Under the pieces are notes generated by a model. It was not told the DNA's origin. It saw nothing but the letters and a program-made list of their open reading frames with translations, and did no database searches. A DNA stretch of 64,000 bases from Ptychomitrium polyphyllum. Taxonomy: Eukaryota. A program made the position numbers and the translations under genes. Location of the stretch: assembly GCA_973851085.1 (NCBI GenBank), contig OZ316775.1:18476001-18540000 (forward strand). The letters run 5' to 3'. This document shows positions 18,201 through 32,600 of this stretch, one piece after another; the first letter of the stretch is position 1; the number at the start of each line of letters is the position of its first letter.

Positions 18201-20016
18201 TAAATTGAAGAATTGATCTATTTTAAATCCAAAACTTAACACTGAAGTCTAAATTATCATAAACATCATAATGGAGGTATATAATTTGTAATCTGTACTT
18301 AAGAATATAATAAATAGATTTCTTTTGATGTAATATTATATTTTGATTTTCGCAGTTTTGTATTTCCACCAATTTTTACTGGAAGTAGCAGCGACTTGTT
18401 TCCTAGGTCCGGTGGAGGAATTTTTGCACCAAGGTTTAAAAAAGTTAATTCATTGTCTAATCAAATATTTTACAGCTTATTCTTAATAATCTATCAGTAT
18501 ACACAATCTATAGAATTTTTTCATGAAATTTGAATTAACCACATTATGATTTCAACATCATTCAATATGATTTGAGAAATCTCTCAAGAATTGGAGCTAA
18601 ATCAATTTAAAACTAATGCAAGTATTGAATTACTTGATGCAAACAATAACTGCACCCACGGAATACAGAAGAGATTTTGGTTCTGATGGAATGCTTATAG
18701 GTGCGCAAAGCCTGGTTTAAGATAATCATATATTTGATATGTTAACATTATTCATAAGTAAATGTATACAGATTATAAGAGTATAATCTTGCCATATTCA
18801 AATGTGTACTAAGTACACATGAAAAACACCAACAAGTTTTTAAGCATCATATACATTCACTCAGGAAATCATTTTTCTTGATTTCTAAACTATTGCTAAT
18901 ATGGCATGTTCAAATAATGGATAAAGCAGTACTTCTAGTAAATCAAATTAAGATTAGCAACTCTGGATTTAAAAACCAACACTTCCTTGTTATTGTTTTT
19001 ATTGTCAAATCCATTGGATTTTTTTTTTAATTAATTTTAATATAGACTAATGAATAAATAATATTCTTATGGGAACACATATATGTGAGTGTATGTGTAT
19101 CTTACGAAAAATATATCATAAAAAGGACTACATGGAACTCTATTTTGAAGTTTCAAGTGCATCTTGAACCACGTCTCTAAGTGCATGTCCAAACATTTTT
19201 TAAAATAATTATTATATTATTATATTAAATTTACTGAGATGAGACATTAGAAAAATATAATTTTCTTACTAATTCTTAGGTCCAAATGATGCACGATGGC
19301 AACATTCAAACGGTGGATTGCAACCACACATTTCAAGCTATGAAGAACCGTAATATTTTAATACCATCATAGGTTTATTAAAATATGCATTATACAAAAT
19401 AAAAACATTTTAAAGATGTTTCCAGTCAAATAAATATCCTTTTTCAAAAAGAAAGCATCTTTGAATGTAACGTCTGAAAGAAATATTCATTTAACTAATT
19501 ATTTTAGATGCATACATTTTGTAGAATTGTGCCAACAAATGCAAGATATGATCCAATAGGTCCACCTAACATTCCAGGCATTGATACCATTGAATATGAT
19601 AGGTACATAAAAAGAATTTATAATGCATAATGCCATTACAATTTTATGTATTTTCTTTTGTATTTCATGTTTTGTGATTTATTTGATTTTATTGCCTAAG
19701 CAAAAAACTGCATAATTGTTCATGAGATTGTTTTATTTTTGTTTCATTTAGTATTGCATGGAAGCAATTTCATGTAATTCAAATTTCATGTTCTTCTACT
19801 TCACAATTTGTTGTATATAGTATATAAATTAGTTTTTGGTGAATATCATGATTTTTGTATATGTTCACCAAAAATATATTATTTTTAATAATAAATAATA
19901 ATAAACATCTAAAGATATTTTTGATGGATCATGATTATATCTTAAAAAATTTATTAGCCATGTGCAGGTCCAGAAATAGACCTCCAAATAGACATCCTGA
20001 TTTGGAACATTTTTAA
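15203..20016 (+). CDS. PI31: Proteasome inhibitor PI31 (PSMF1-like), about 9 exons
   Basis: The FP-domain N-terminus reads MATAGAVLGVIRASRP...ERVAFAVHAAFLATGYSL, then EVGFEGWN...YAFRY. Later AT-rich exons (~18356-18433, 18669-18700, 19280-19349, 19525-19602, 19968-20016) encode FVFPP..SDLFP, GMLIGPND, ARYDPIGPP and HPDLEHF*, matching the Pro-rich PI31 C-terminal motifs. Confidence 0.88.
17588..18154. mobile_element. MITE/foldback-like element with ~108-bp imperfect terminal inverted repeats in PI31 intron 4
   Basis: 17588-17695 (tttaatgaatccaccttg...tttttaacaatttaatgaagtgtaaactacccatatcaactaattgcatctctatgaatt) is the near reverse complement of 18046-18154. The interior is non-coding and AT-rich. 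No clear TSD was seen. Confidence 0.7.
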
Positions 20017-23000
20017 ATAGAATTCAAATTTGTAAGTTGATTATTTTCTTGGTACTTGCCAAATTATATAACAATACTGTATAAGTCTAATGTAACATTG
20101 AGTGTGCATTGATCAAACTTTTAAATTTTTATTCTTAATTCTTTGCAAGTGTTATCAAATATGCAATCTGAAAAATAATACAATAAACAATAAATATAAA
20201 TAAAAATAAAACTTAAGCGAAACACAAGAAATACAACCATATTTCTTTACACTATAATACGAAATTGAGTGATATGTACAATGCCCAATGCTCAACTTAT
20301 CATTTCCCTTGCAATTAAAAATGTTGAACTCATAAATATAGAAAAATACGTAAAATACAAGATTCCGCAGATTTAATGATATTGGCTAAATTTACAAATT
20401 AAATTGGAAAAAAACTTAATAGTATCACAGTAGCAATGTATTGAGTTTTCAAAACACAATTATAAATGATAATTATTCTTTTCAAGTATGACTAAAGTTC
20501 CTAACAAAAGCGTGTTTACCAAAAGAACCAATGTTTTTAAAAATCCAAAGGTTTTTTTGAGGATTCTAAATCTAAAGGATTTTTTATGAAAGAACAATAT
20601 GCAAAAGACCTTTTTTATTCACATGTATTTAACACCTAAGAATACCACTTCCAAGATATTAAGAGCTTACTCAAAATACATACAAGATATTATAAATTTA
20701 GAGAATAACGACAAAAATATGCATTTTTGAAATATTTTAATGTATGGAATTTGAAAAGAGGCATAAAATTTCTTGAGCTGAGTAGATTTGACTTGGAAAA
20801 TTTGAAAAACTTGATGTTACGGTAATTCCATTGAATTCCAAACATTTGTAGAAGTTCTTAAAATTTAAAATATAAGCATGCTTGTAACTAATGCACTTTT
20901 GTTATTTAAAATTCAACTTTTTTTTTTTTTTGACTATATATGTTTTTCTATATGCTTATAATGTTGTAGTTTTAAAGTATTAATTTTATGTAAATAATTA
21001 TTTATTTAAAAAAATATTTTTCATATCTTGATTTAAACGTTACATGGAGATTTTCAATTAAACCATTGTTGTTTCAAATATGTAATAAAATTTAAAATTT
21101 AAAATGTAGTTTTCAAGATATGGGCATTATAAGTTGTTAAAGTAATATAATATTAGTTATATCAGCATTTATCATATACCTTATAAAGCATACATTAAGT
21201 AAATTAATATTTTAATAAGGTATTTTATTTATGTTGAGAAGGAAAATAAAATAAAAGTATCAAAAAACTAAACAAGTTATTTTTAAAAATTGTTATGCAT
21301 CATGTCTTTTTACAACTTCTTTACAAATCCGTCATGTCCATTTCTTTGGACAAGATTTAAATTGTACAAAATACCACATGATGGTATCATGTTTTTATAT
21401 AGACAAAAAAATAATTTCACTTTGCGTTCCGACAACATTTAGGCTTGAAAGACCTTACATAAAGTTAAATTATAATAACTATAGGATTTAATAAAGTATA
21501 ATTATTTGAAAGGTTTAATGTTGACTTTTGGTGTAAGCAATTGCAAAGTGATCAACTTTGAATTTTAAAATTTCCAATTGGTAGTTATTTTGTATTTTTT
21601 TAATTCTTAAATTGTACAACACATTCATAAAACTCCTAACCAAACTTATTAATCAACTCATAATAAAGGAATTGAGTTCCAATTGTTTAATTTTGAATGT
21701 TCTTAATGTGTTCATACAAAGCCAAAATAACACATTTAAAAAAAGTGTTCTTTTAGTTATTTATAATATACAATAAAAAAGTTAAATTTCATCAAAAATA
21801 AGCATGTTTATTTACCTTAAAGTCATGGTCAAATGGTACTATTATATTTAAAACAATTGATCTAAATGACAGATGTTATGATGCATTTTATAATTATTTA
21901 TTGTTTGTTGGTTTTGGATTTTATTCACCAACGTTCATGGTAATGCTTTCCAAATGAAAGTAATTAAAATATAGGGTCATTACTATATCAATAGTTGTAG
22001 CCAAAACTTCATTCCAATTATAAAAAACATTTTTGAAAATCAAATTTCTCCTTATGCAAAATTTGCAAAATTCATCACCTATGTTGATTTGAAATCATAA
22101 AGCAACATCTTGGTATATGAGTCATAAACATCACATCAAATAAAGTTCTTAAAAAGTAAGATCTTAATCTTTTTTCAATGCCAATAATAAAAAACACTTT
22201 TACATCAAGCATAAAGACTTGAAGAAAAACAAACTTTAATCCTACGTGTATTTAATTTCATTTAAAGACAAATACTCTCTCTTTCTTTATTATCAAGTTG
22301 ACACCTATTTACACCAAGATATGGTTGAGGTCCTAAATCAAAAGAATTATCCATTAAGTAAGATTCCTTCACCTTGTATTTATAGGATTTATCAATTCTA
22401 TAAATTAACCATAATTTCAAATAATTCATGAAAGAAGTATTGAAACACTCTTGGTTTGGAAGAGAGTCAAGGGAGCATTGGGCACCTAGGATGAATTAAG
22501 TGTTGGCTTGAAAAAGCTCGTTTAGTTTTGTGGAGGTCCAAAGTTTGAGACCCCTACCATGCCGCAGCGGCTCCTCATTGGTACTGCTCAAACACACTCT
22601 GAAACATGTTAATAAAGGATAACTCTAATGTATTTGGAAATTCTTCTATAGGTTCTCAACCTGGCAACTTGCAATTTTCCTCTTCTCAAAATTTGGTACA
22701 GTTGTGGTCATTACAGCATCAGGCACAAATTTTCAGTCACAACCACATACAAGTAATGAAAACTTTGGACAAACAAAATTGGTGTGTACGTGGTGGTGTG
22801 GTCAAAACCCCAACCCTTGTTGGATTCCAATAGTGCTGAATTTCGGATCAACGAAGCTTCTCGCGAGAAGGTTGCATTCCAGAGGTGACCCTGGGAAAAC
22901 TCATCAAAGTTTGATACCAGCATAAGTCTTGCAACTTCCGAACAGAAGAATCATCTGCATGTGAATAGGGTGCCAGTGGCCATTGAGGAAAAAGAACATT

Positions 23001-26000
23001 TTATATTTGTAGTGTAGCCTGCATGCATAGCACCTGTGACGGCAGTCCAGAGTGCAATACATTGGAACTGTGATGCACAAATAACAATTTTGCACGGCGC
23101 AGTGTGACTCTGTGATTAGTGACCAGGTACATAATCTGGTCAGTGATATGTGATAATGCCCTGGTTGGCTACGAGCCTGCCTGGCCAAGTACTTTATATG
23201 CGCTTGCTCAACGACTGTACAAGTGGCGGATTCTGACTCGCTGGGAAACCAGTAAAATCTTTGCAGACTTTTATAAGCTCAGCACCATTCCCTTGAACCC
23301 TATAATCGGAGAAATGTTAGGCTGTCAAACTATACCAATTCAATTGAGGACCAAGGCCATTTCTGGAGATCCAAGGTATTCTACATCTAAAGTTCATGAG
23401 AGTAAGTTTTCATTGTGCAATGATTTTCTTTGGAACTTCATAAGGTTTGTTCTGCAATTCTTTAGGTTTTCATTCATACCGTATTATCAGTTCCTCTCGA
23501 AATGAACCCTCTACACTCCATGCATCCCAATTGTGAAATTCATTTGCTCCTCACACAACGATGGATTCAGAACCTCAAGCTTGTGATCCATGCCTACTGC
23601 TGTATTTGCCCAAAACTAAGGCATTCAAGGACTAACTTTTCCAAATAGTGCAATAGTTCATGTTAGAATCACAACGCAAGTTGCTATGAAAGGGTTAACA
23701 CTCACATAAGATTATGAAAAGTGCTTCAAATATGAGGTAGAATTCTTCAAAATAAATAGGCATCCATTGCTAAATACTCCATCTTTTAATAGTGATATTC
23801 ATTAAACCATTTAGAAGACTATAATGCTTTTTAACGACTCTTAATTTTTAAGAGAATAATTCCAATGTTCAAAAGTACAATTCTAATTTCAATACCATAT
23901 TTTCATAAAGATTGAAGGAATATGTTGACTAAGTCACTTAATGTTTATACTATTATATCCACATGTCTTTAATAATAATAGTAACATTCTTCTTCATCTT
24001 CTTCATACTGTTATTCTTATCAATTTATCACTTTCTAACATTGGTTCAGATAGGTTGATTCAAGCTCTAAAAAATATCATGACAGTTTGTTTTATACAAA
24101 TAATTACATGTATTTACATTTCAAATATATTACTTTGTTTATAAAATAATCATTTTTTAAACAAAATGAAGCAAAATTTATTGATTGTAATGAGATAAAA
24201 TCAATGTTCACCTATTATTTACAAATATCTATGTAAAAATATGTTTACAATTGTTTTTACCATACACACAATAAACCCATCTTCTCCATCTTCAAGTTAC
24301 TTCTCATATTTATAGGAATTTAGACCTTAAGCGGAGTAAGGCGGTGCTAAGTACATCCACTAAACACAAACAAGAATACTTTTTAATTATACTGGCCCCT
24401 GAATCATCCGCCACCTTCATCGCACAGCCCCAATCGTGCAACGCGCCACCCATGGCTGGGCTCTCACTAAGATCTACCCCATAACCGTGACTTGTACTCA
24501 AAGCCGACATATAACACTGTAGTCATACTTTTGAATCTATACAATCTACGTGAGTCATATTTAAGTAGGGCCATAGAAGAGTGGACTCACGAAGACCAGG
24601 ATCTTCTCGAAAAGGAGCTTCACTTACAGGTTCCATAGACACTTTTTAATGGAGACGGCCCTTGAACCTTTCGTCGTTATCATCGCACGGCCCCTGATGG
24701 TGCAATGCGATCGTACGGCACATTGCGTTCTCACAAAATGGGAGCGACCCGGAGATGCACACCTAAAACGGACATCATCTACTCCTGTTCCTTTTAAAGA
24801 TCAAAGTGTACGCCTTCTGTAGATGATGCCGGTTCAGGATATGATGACAATCTTTGGGTACTTGAGTAGACGCAGCTTGGCTGCGCTCGAAGGCAAACCA
24901 CAGGCATCAAGGACGGAGCAATGACGATCGTGTGGGCGCTCACCATCGCCATCGCTTTCCCATGACGACCTAACCATTCTCATCCATCTGCGGTGCATCG
25001 GGGAACGTAACAAGCTTGCGCTGAATGCTGTGCGAGTTCGGAGCCAGTGAAAGAGTTGGAGAGGTACTGGAGAGTTTAAACTTTTCTTTTAGTTCTTCTC
25101 GTCTTTTTTGTAATCTTTTTTTAGGCCTTTTGCTTTTTCCCTCGTCGTCTCTGATTCTGTGCTTCGCGAGAGGCGAGGCGAGACTCGGCGTTTTCATGGA
25201 TTTGTGTGTTGTTCGGGAATCTGTTGCTCTAGGTGGCGGATGGCGGTAGCGAGGGTTTCAGAGAATGCGAGGATTGCTGAGCTCGGGAGAGGCGTGAGAG
25301 GACGTGGAGGCGAAGCGAGGAGGGCGCTGGGGTGGAGGCCGTCGGTTTTCGGCGGCCTGTAAGAGTGTTTGCGTTTCCTCTTGAGTATTTTGGTGGAGTG
25401 TCGAGGGTTTTGTGGAGTGGAGAGTTCGTTTTGGAAAACAGGAGGTTTTGAGGATGCGGATCCGCGGCGGGATTTAGGACGAGTTGAAACTGCGTGAAGC
25501 CGTTTTGGCGTTGAGACAGAGGGAGAGAGAGCAGGGAATGTAGGTTGTATGAGGTTGGATCTGTGGTGCTTAGAAGTGTGAGGAAGGTTTCCTTGATATC
25601 TGTTATCGAATGGCGCGTTGGTAAGCTGTGGAGGAGAGGGACTTTTTTGGCGTGGTGGACGTTTTGGAAGTGCAGATCCGCGTCGAGAGGTTCTTTGAGT
25701 TGCTTTCTGAGCTGGTTTGAACGAGAAGGTGCCATTGCGATCACGGATCTTAGATTCTAGAGTGAAAAGGTAGTGGTGAGAGGGCTCTGGAGAGAACTGG
25801 AGGACGATTATGAGATACTCTAGCTTTGAGTGCGGGTGCGTATTAATGTAGTGGCATAGGAGTAGAATGTGGGGGCTAGATGGCAGCGGGAGCTGTCTTT
25901 GGAGGAGTAGGAGGAGCTGATGGTGCGGCATTGAGGTTGTGTGTGTTATCATGGAGCAGGAGCCAACAAACCACTTAAAGAAATGCCTTTACGTGCTTTT

Positions 26001-26630
26001 TTACCCCTGGAACGGAGGTGATCAAAGTGAGAATACGTCTGCGGCGTCAATTCTAGGCAATGTGTGCGTCCTAAATGGATGAAGGGATGCAGCATCACTT
26101 CGAAATGAGGATGCTTCTTGCAGGTTCCTGCCATTCACGTTGTATTTGGAGGCGTACATTTTGCAGCTCAGTCTGCACGAATGCTCAATCACAGACGGCA
26201 GCGTACAGAGTGAGCGAATGAAGGAATTTAAACTTTTTGATAAACCCTTGCTTCTAATGTGATTCCATGGGGAGGGATATTAGATGCTTGCATCATCCAT
26301 GGGGATCCCGTGTGTTTCTTAGCAAAAGTAAACAGGAGATTCATTTACTGGTCAAGACATATTTCTTGGAATGCACAAAGGATATTTCAGAAAGGAAGCA
26401 CAGTGCTTTTAGAAGGCGGATACGCATCAAGAGTTAAGACCGTGACTCGCTTTAGGGACTGGACTTGGATGAGAAAATGAGTGTGAAAGTTGTGCTCGGG
26501 TAATCAGGTTGCGCTTGCAAGGTGAATGTGGAAGCGTATTTTTTAGGTTGAAGTTCAGCAACAGAAAATATTGAGTGTCGATTGCCCAGAGCTGCATGCA
26601 ACTTAGTGAGGCGAACAAGGTTCTAGCACT

Positions 26631-29600
26631 ATGGAATCCAAGCTCAGTGGCAGAGAGTATTTTTCAGACAGTGGCAGAGACTACGAAGGCCAGTCAAGCG
26701 TTTCCGTACATTCGTCGAGAACGGTGAATCTTCGAATGCCTTTTCTATCCCGTTGCAAGGCGTGTGTCACAAAGTGAGGTCTGGGTTCTAGTTGAATGAG
26801 TCTAAACCAATACGACTTTCTGAGTTAAGAACTCACTGTGAATCAATACCTACTGATTAATTTTAGTCTGAAACTTGCTTCTGAAGTGCCATCAGAAGTC
26901 TTCACAAAGATTCCCTAGACTTGCTGTTAGTAACTATCTGTGGCACGGGAAATCATTAAAGCTGCTATTAGTATGATGGTGGCTTCTGGCTCCTTTCAAA
27001 ATTTTGCATTTGTAAATTGTGCTCTAGTTCGCTACTTGGCGGTGCTTCTTTCCAAGGCCCTATAGTCTAATATTGAGTACTTAACAACAACCATTATGCC
27101 TGAAAATTATCTGCTGGATAATTCGGGGTTTTCAAAGCCTTTCTCTACTTCTTACGATGACATGTTTATTTATTCGGAGCATTCCGTTCGTCTTACTCAT
27201 GACTTGTGCAAAACCTTTGGTACTCATTTTTCAGTTTCACAATCGTTTATTGGTTATTCATTCCGTGCGACAGAATGGGATGTTTTTAGCAGATTTCATG
27301 CTTTTGGAAATTCGGAGTGAATGTCAAGTCCAGGGTACCTTACCGCATATCCTAGGTCGATTCGTTCTAAGGAACCTTTATCTTTTGAACGATGTGCAGG
27401 GGGTCAGTGAAAACGGAGTGAACGGGCAGCGGTTTAAGCGTATCATACACCGATCGTCAAGTCAGAGCTTGGATTTAGATCCTTTGGTGAGCATTTTTAT
27501 GTCGTCTTGACTGGCGTAATGCTGTATTATGCATTATGACATTCTACGTGGTAACCAGGCCTTCATGCACGGTAGCATTGCTGAAACATATTAAATTGAT
27601 AGTTTCTCCTGCGTTCTCAAAGCTGTCGTAATTGCTACATTTGACTTTGGAGTTTGATATTGCAGCTGAGTGGTAATCTGGACGGCTGTCCCCATCTGAA
27701 GGAGTTGCTGCAGAGCTACAAGTCAGAGTGGGTAAAAGATGACACCAAGTATGGGCGTTACGATGCTGTCCCACCTCCTGTGTTTGAGCCACAGATTTTT
27801 GAAGGGCCCGACACAGATTTAGAGACAGGTACTCTAGTAAGACGCACTTGCATAGTGATAAAGGTTTCAGGCTTTTCGATTCAAATTAGAAATTGTAGAA
27901 ATTCCTTTCCGCCCTTAGATCTCATGATTCAGATTTTTATTGTTTTTATGTATCGACAGAGTTAAGTCTCGCAACTAGGGGCCGGGACGTTGACGAGGAA
28001 GAGCTCAGCACTTCAGGAAGACTCTCAGCAAGGAGTGATCCAGATGCTGCTTTTGCTAAAAAGGTGATTTCTCAAGTACATTTCAGCATTAAAGCCATGG
28101 TTTCTTTTCGTAGCAATAAACTTCGCGATGCCATCTTATTACCAAGTTGAGCAGTTGTATTATGAAGTGTGATTTGTACTTTATTATTATTATTGAACTG
28201 TAGTAACTAATACCCTAAGATGTTCTTATCGCGAATCTTCTTTTAGGAGCATCTGTTGGTTCAAACATTTCTCACATTGGATATCTTGTCATGCAGCATT
28301 ATGGAGGGCCTCCTTTACCTTGTTACTACCCTGTTTTTAACTGGCATGCAGAGAGAGCGGCTGTCTTTGGTCAAAGGACACCGGAGTTACCACCTTCACT
28401 TTCTACAAGGTCGAGATTCGTTACTTGCAGTTTGACTTGGTCTTAGTTTGATTTGAATGGCTATTGAGTTCATACTCCTATATGAACATTATAATTTTTT
28501 TTGTTATGCATCACTTACATGAAGCCTATTCGGTTGGTTGTTATGCAGTGGATTGAAGATTTCTGTGAAGCTTGTGTCACTCACTATGCAAGCTGGACTT
28601 GTTGGTAAGATTTGGACTTCAAGAAGGGTTCCAAGCGTTTCAGTACTTTGTCAACTTTTTTTTGGTGCATCTTATTTATGGGGCTTTATATCTTAGATTA
28701 TTGTTTGCAGAACCTGTTTATGGCACCATGTGTTTATACAACAAGGAGAAGCGTGAAAAGCTTTCAGAGGACTTCCACTTTCGATTTTTGCCCTCAGAGT
28801 TTCAAGATGTAAGAATTTATTTTTTCAAGTGATCTAGAAAACGGGTTTGTGTATGACTTGTTAACATGGAGGGAACTTTAGTTGTATTTACTTAAATTAT
28901 GGAATATATTGACTTGAGATGGACTTTGGCAGGATGTTAATGGTGGAGGTCAGAGGAGTGTTCTTTTCTCATTGGAAGCAGGAACACCAGCCATTTGCTT
29001 GCTCATTCAGTTTGAGAAACATGTGACTGAAGAAGGCGGGGTCACACCGTCTGTATACACCCGCAAAGATCCCGTGAGTCGATAATCAGTGTCTCATGTT
29101 CCTACTGCAGGTCCTATGTGTATATTAATATTCAGCCTACAGTCCTGTTATGCTAGTGTCCTTGCCAGTTTCCGTCTCCACGTATCAGTTCTGTTTATTT
29201 AGTTGTGATACACTGGCTATTTGAGCTTGTAAGTGAAGCTGATTTGCGTCAATTGGCCGGGATGTACGTGTCCTAACTGGATATTGCATTGGTGAAATTT
29301 GTCTTCACTGGGGTTCTGTACTTCCTGTGTTTTTACAGCGATTAAATATGTCTGCTTTATTCTGATCTTATGTTGTTGATACATTTCAGGCATACTTGTC
29401 AGAGAGAGAAAAACAAAAGCTGCAGGTGTGGGCACGAGTGATGCCTTTCAGGGAACCCTTCGCATGGGCAACGGTTTCGCTTTTCGATTCCAGTGTGACG
29501 GGAGGAGTTGGGGGCTTTACGTCACCAAGCAGTCCATTACCTCCTAGCCTATTAGGATCTGGCCTGATGGAAGCAGCCGTCGACATTGAGGGACGGTTGG

Positions 29601-32600
29601 TTACGGGTAGCGATTCCAAACATCATGATACTAGGCAGCATGAGCCTGTCCTAGTTGATGTTCCTGGTCTGAATCGTGTGAAGGAGAACTACATGGAGGA
29701 TACTCTTCTGGTTTGTAAATTACCTTGAAACTTGGTATATGAATTTCATGCTTTTCAATTATGGACCGTATTTGTTTCTACTTAGATTCTTGGTATGTGT
29801 TCCTATTTACTGAAACTCTGCAAGTTGTATATCGTATTCAAGTTTTGTATGTTCTAGCATATCACTTTTTGTCTTACCCAGGTACATGTATTTGCACACA
29901 GGATCCCAAACGGCTTGCGCACAAGCCTGTGAAGGCAACATTGCGTCTTGAAGTCGAGAGAGTGTCTCATGATGAAGTCGAACATGACTCTATATCTGAA
30001 TGTGGAAGTTTTAGCAATAGTTCAATAGATGGAGAGGGAAGAGATAACTCTTTATCCAGACATTTACGCCAAGGATCTTCTGGGTTCTCAAAAGGAGCCT
30101 TTAATGGACGTCCCAAATGGAGTTCTATGGATAAGCGTCGACTTGCACATTCTGCCAGCGCAAGCAGTTTTGAATTTCCACGCCCTCCTGTATGTTTCTT
30201 AACCATATTCGGCATCTCTTCACGAAGTGCATTGCTCTAATTTTTTTTGCTTCTACACGATTGCCCGTCTGACATTGTTTTGAAGACATGGTGGTCTTTA
30301 GTGGACCTCCTTGCAACAGCTAACTTGGAAGTGTCTTGGTGGTGGTGTGCCAGTTCAAAGCTGTTGAGTTTCGTACATCAAATAGAGGCGAGCCAATGCC
30401 ACAGATGTTGCATTGTTTGTACATATACCCACAAACACTGAACCTGAGCAAGAAGCGGAATATATTTGTTCGAGTGGAGCTTCGTAACAATGATTATGAC
30501 ATCCGGAAACCTCCGCTAGAGGTAAGCTATTAACTGAACCAACATATACTTTTGCTTGTTGAGTAATAAGCCAATCAAAGGTCTGAGAATTTAACTATAA
30601 ATGGGTCATTCTACATCCGAACTATCCAGTTCATCCTTTGTTCTTTATCACGGAGACAATCTTCCTCCTGAAACGTTAATTTGGGCAAATTGATTCATTT
30701 TCACAAAGGTGTTTACGGATATTTTGTATCGTTATGGTCTTTGAAAAGCTGATAAGTTTAGTGGTCATATCCTAGTTTTCTTTTATAATGTAGAAGGTAT
30801 CTGATTATATTAATACCATTCTAATGTTGACGCGCCTTTTGACTCCTTGGTACTGTAGGCCCTCTATCCAAGAGATGCAGACAGCAACATGCAAAAGTAC
30901 GGTCATTCTCAAATTGATATCAATGCCAAAGTGCCTCATTATCATGATGAATTTAAGATCCGCCTTCCTGCTGTGATTACCCAACAACATCACCTTCTCT
31001 TTACGTTCTTTCATGTGGATCTCCAGATGAAATTGGAGGCTCCAAAGCCAGTAAGTTAATGTTTTGTTATTGCTGTTTTCTTGGTGAACGTATGTCATCA
31101 ATTGTTGGAACATTTGTGCTTGAGAGTTAGATGTAGGAGTGTCTGAAGTTAATGATTATTGATGATTGCAGAAGATCTTCCAAGTTTGCACTAGCAAAAG
31201 TACAATGAGTTTTTATGGCGAGGCTTTTAATTTGCACAGTTTTCCATCCGAGCTTGTATTTGAATTGTTCGATTATGTCATTGTGTTGCAGGTGGTTGTT
31301 GGATATTCGGTTCTTCCGCTGCTGATTGGTGTCCAGTAAGTCTTCCGCCTTATGCGCTGGGTTCTTGTGTCATAGTTCATGCTTTCTCCTATCTTACCAG
31401 AACTACCTGACAAATTCATCTCTGTTATGTAAACACTGCAACTATTCTTTGGTAATGCACGACTGTGTTGTTTTTGGAGTTGCGTGTAGTTGCTCTGGCT
31501 TTTAAAATCTAGATTCTATATCCACTAAATGGACTGCTCATGATGGAGACATGTGTTGTGCAGGGTGCTACGATTAGATGGTACTTTACCGGTGGTGAAA
31601 GAGCTCCTCCCTCACTATTTGCAGGAACCTGTGAAGGTACTATTTCTGTCTACTTAACTACTCATTTTTGTAGAAGTTTCTATATATCGTGTGTCTTATG
31701 TATGATTTTTCTGTTTGTACGTTAAGTTGCTAACCTGAAGAGTTCTGAATTCATCCTTATTTTTTCCTCAGGAGCAAATGGAGTTACTGGACGAAGGAAA
31801 AGCAGTTTTCAGACTTCGATCTCGACTATGCTCGTCTCTTTATCCTGTTAATGAGAAAATACGAGAATTCTTTGCTGAGTATGATAAATATGTCTTGCAC
31901 ACTGGTCAACCTGTGGGAAGTGATCTGCTGGAGGTAGTTGAAGAGGATTCCATTTTCAAATCTGATCAAGTTGCTCCATGTCGATATATGTCGATACCAT
32001 TGGTTACCTTTATCGTATACCTTTATCGTTTTTGGAACTCTCTGTATTTTGAAGATATTTACTCTTTAGAAACTAGAGATAATTTTGAATCGGTTTGATT
32101 GCTATGAGTGGTTAAGTTAGTAGCTTTCTCGACTATTAATTAGCCCGCAATTATATTTCCTTGAACGACCATAATTTTAGTGGTATTTTCCTACTTTATG
32201 GACGCTGATATTGCTCTTGATGCAGACAATTAATGGGTTGAAGCATGTTGAGTCATCGGCCATGTTGCAGTTTCTACAACCCACCTTGAACATGTTATTG
32301 CGCATGATAGGTGACGGAGGAGAGACACTTCAGGTACTTAATTGGATTGTAAATTTGCTTGCTTCTGATTGTTTTGTTATGTTGGGACACAGAGTGAGTC
32401 TCTTTTTAAGAGTTCCTTCATTTTGGTATTTGCCTCTTGCATTTAAACAATTATCTGCTTATTGATTATTCCTGTGCCCTTTATGTACTCGTCAGGTTGC
32501 TGCTTTTCGGGCAATGGTGAACATTATAACAAGGTTTGAAGTCATCCTTTGTATTTTATAATCTGCTTGTACTCTGGAGCCTCTTGTCCTGCTGTTGGAC

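Noticed and set aside
22857..22870. 14-bp perfect palindrome cttctcgcgagaag
   Set aside because: A single short palindrome is plausible by chance in 64 kb, and there is no supporting context.
25194..25952. 252-aa and 171-aa minus-strand ORFs
   Set aside because: Low-complexity translations of the G/T-rich SPIKE1 leader read in antisense, with no motifs.
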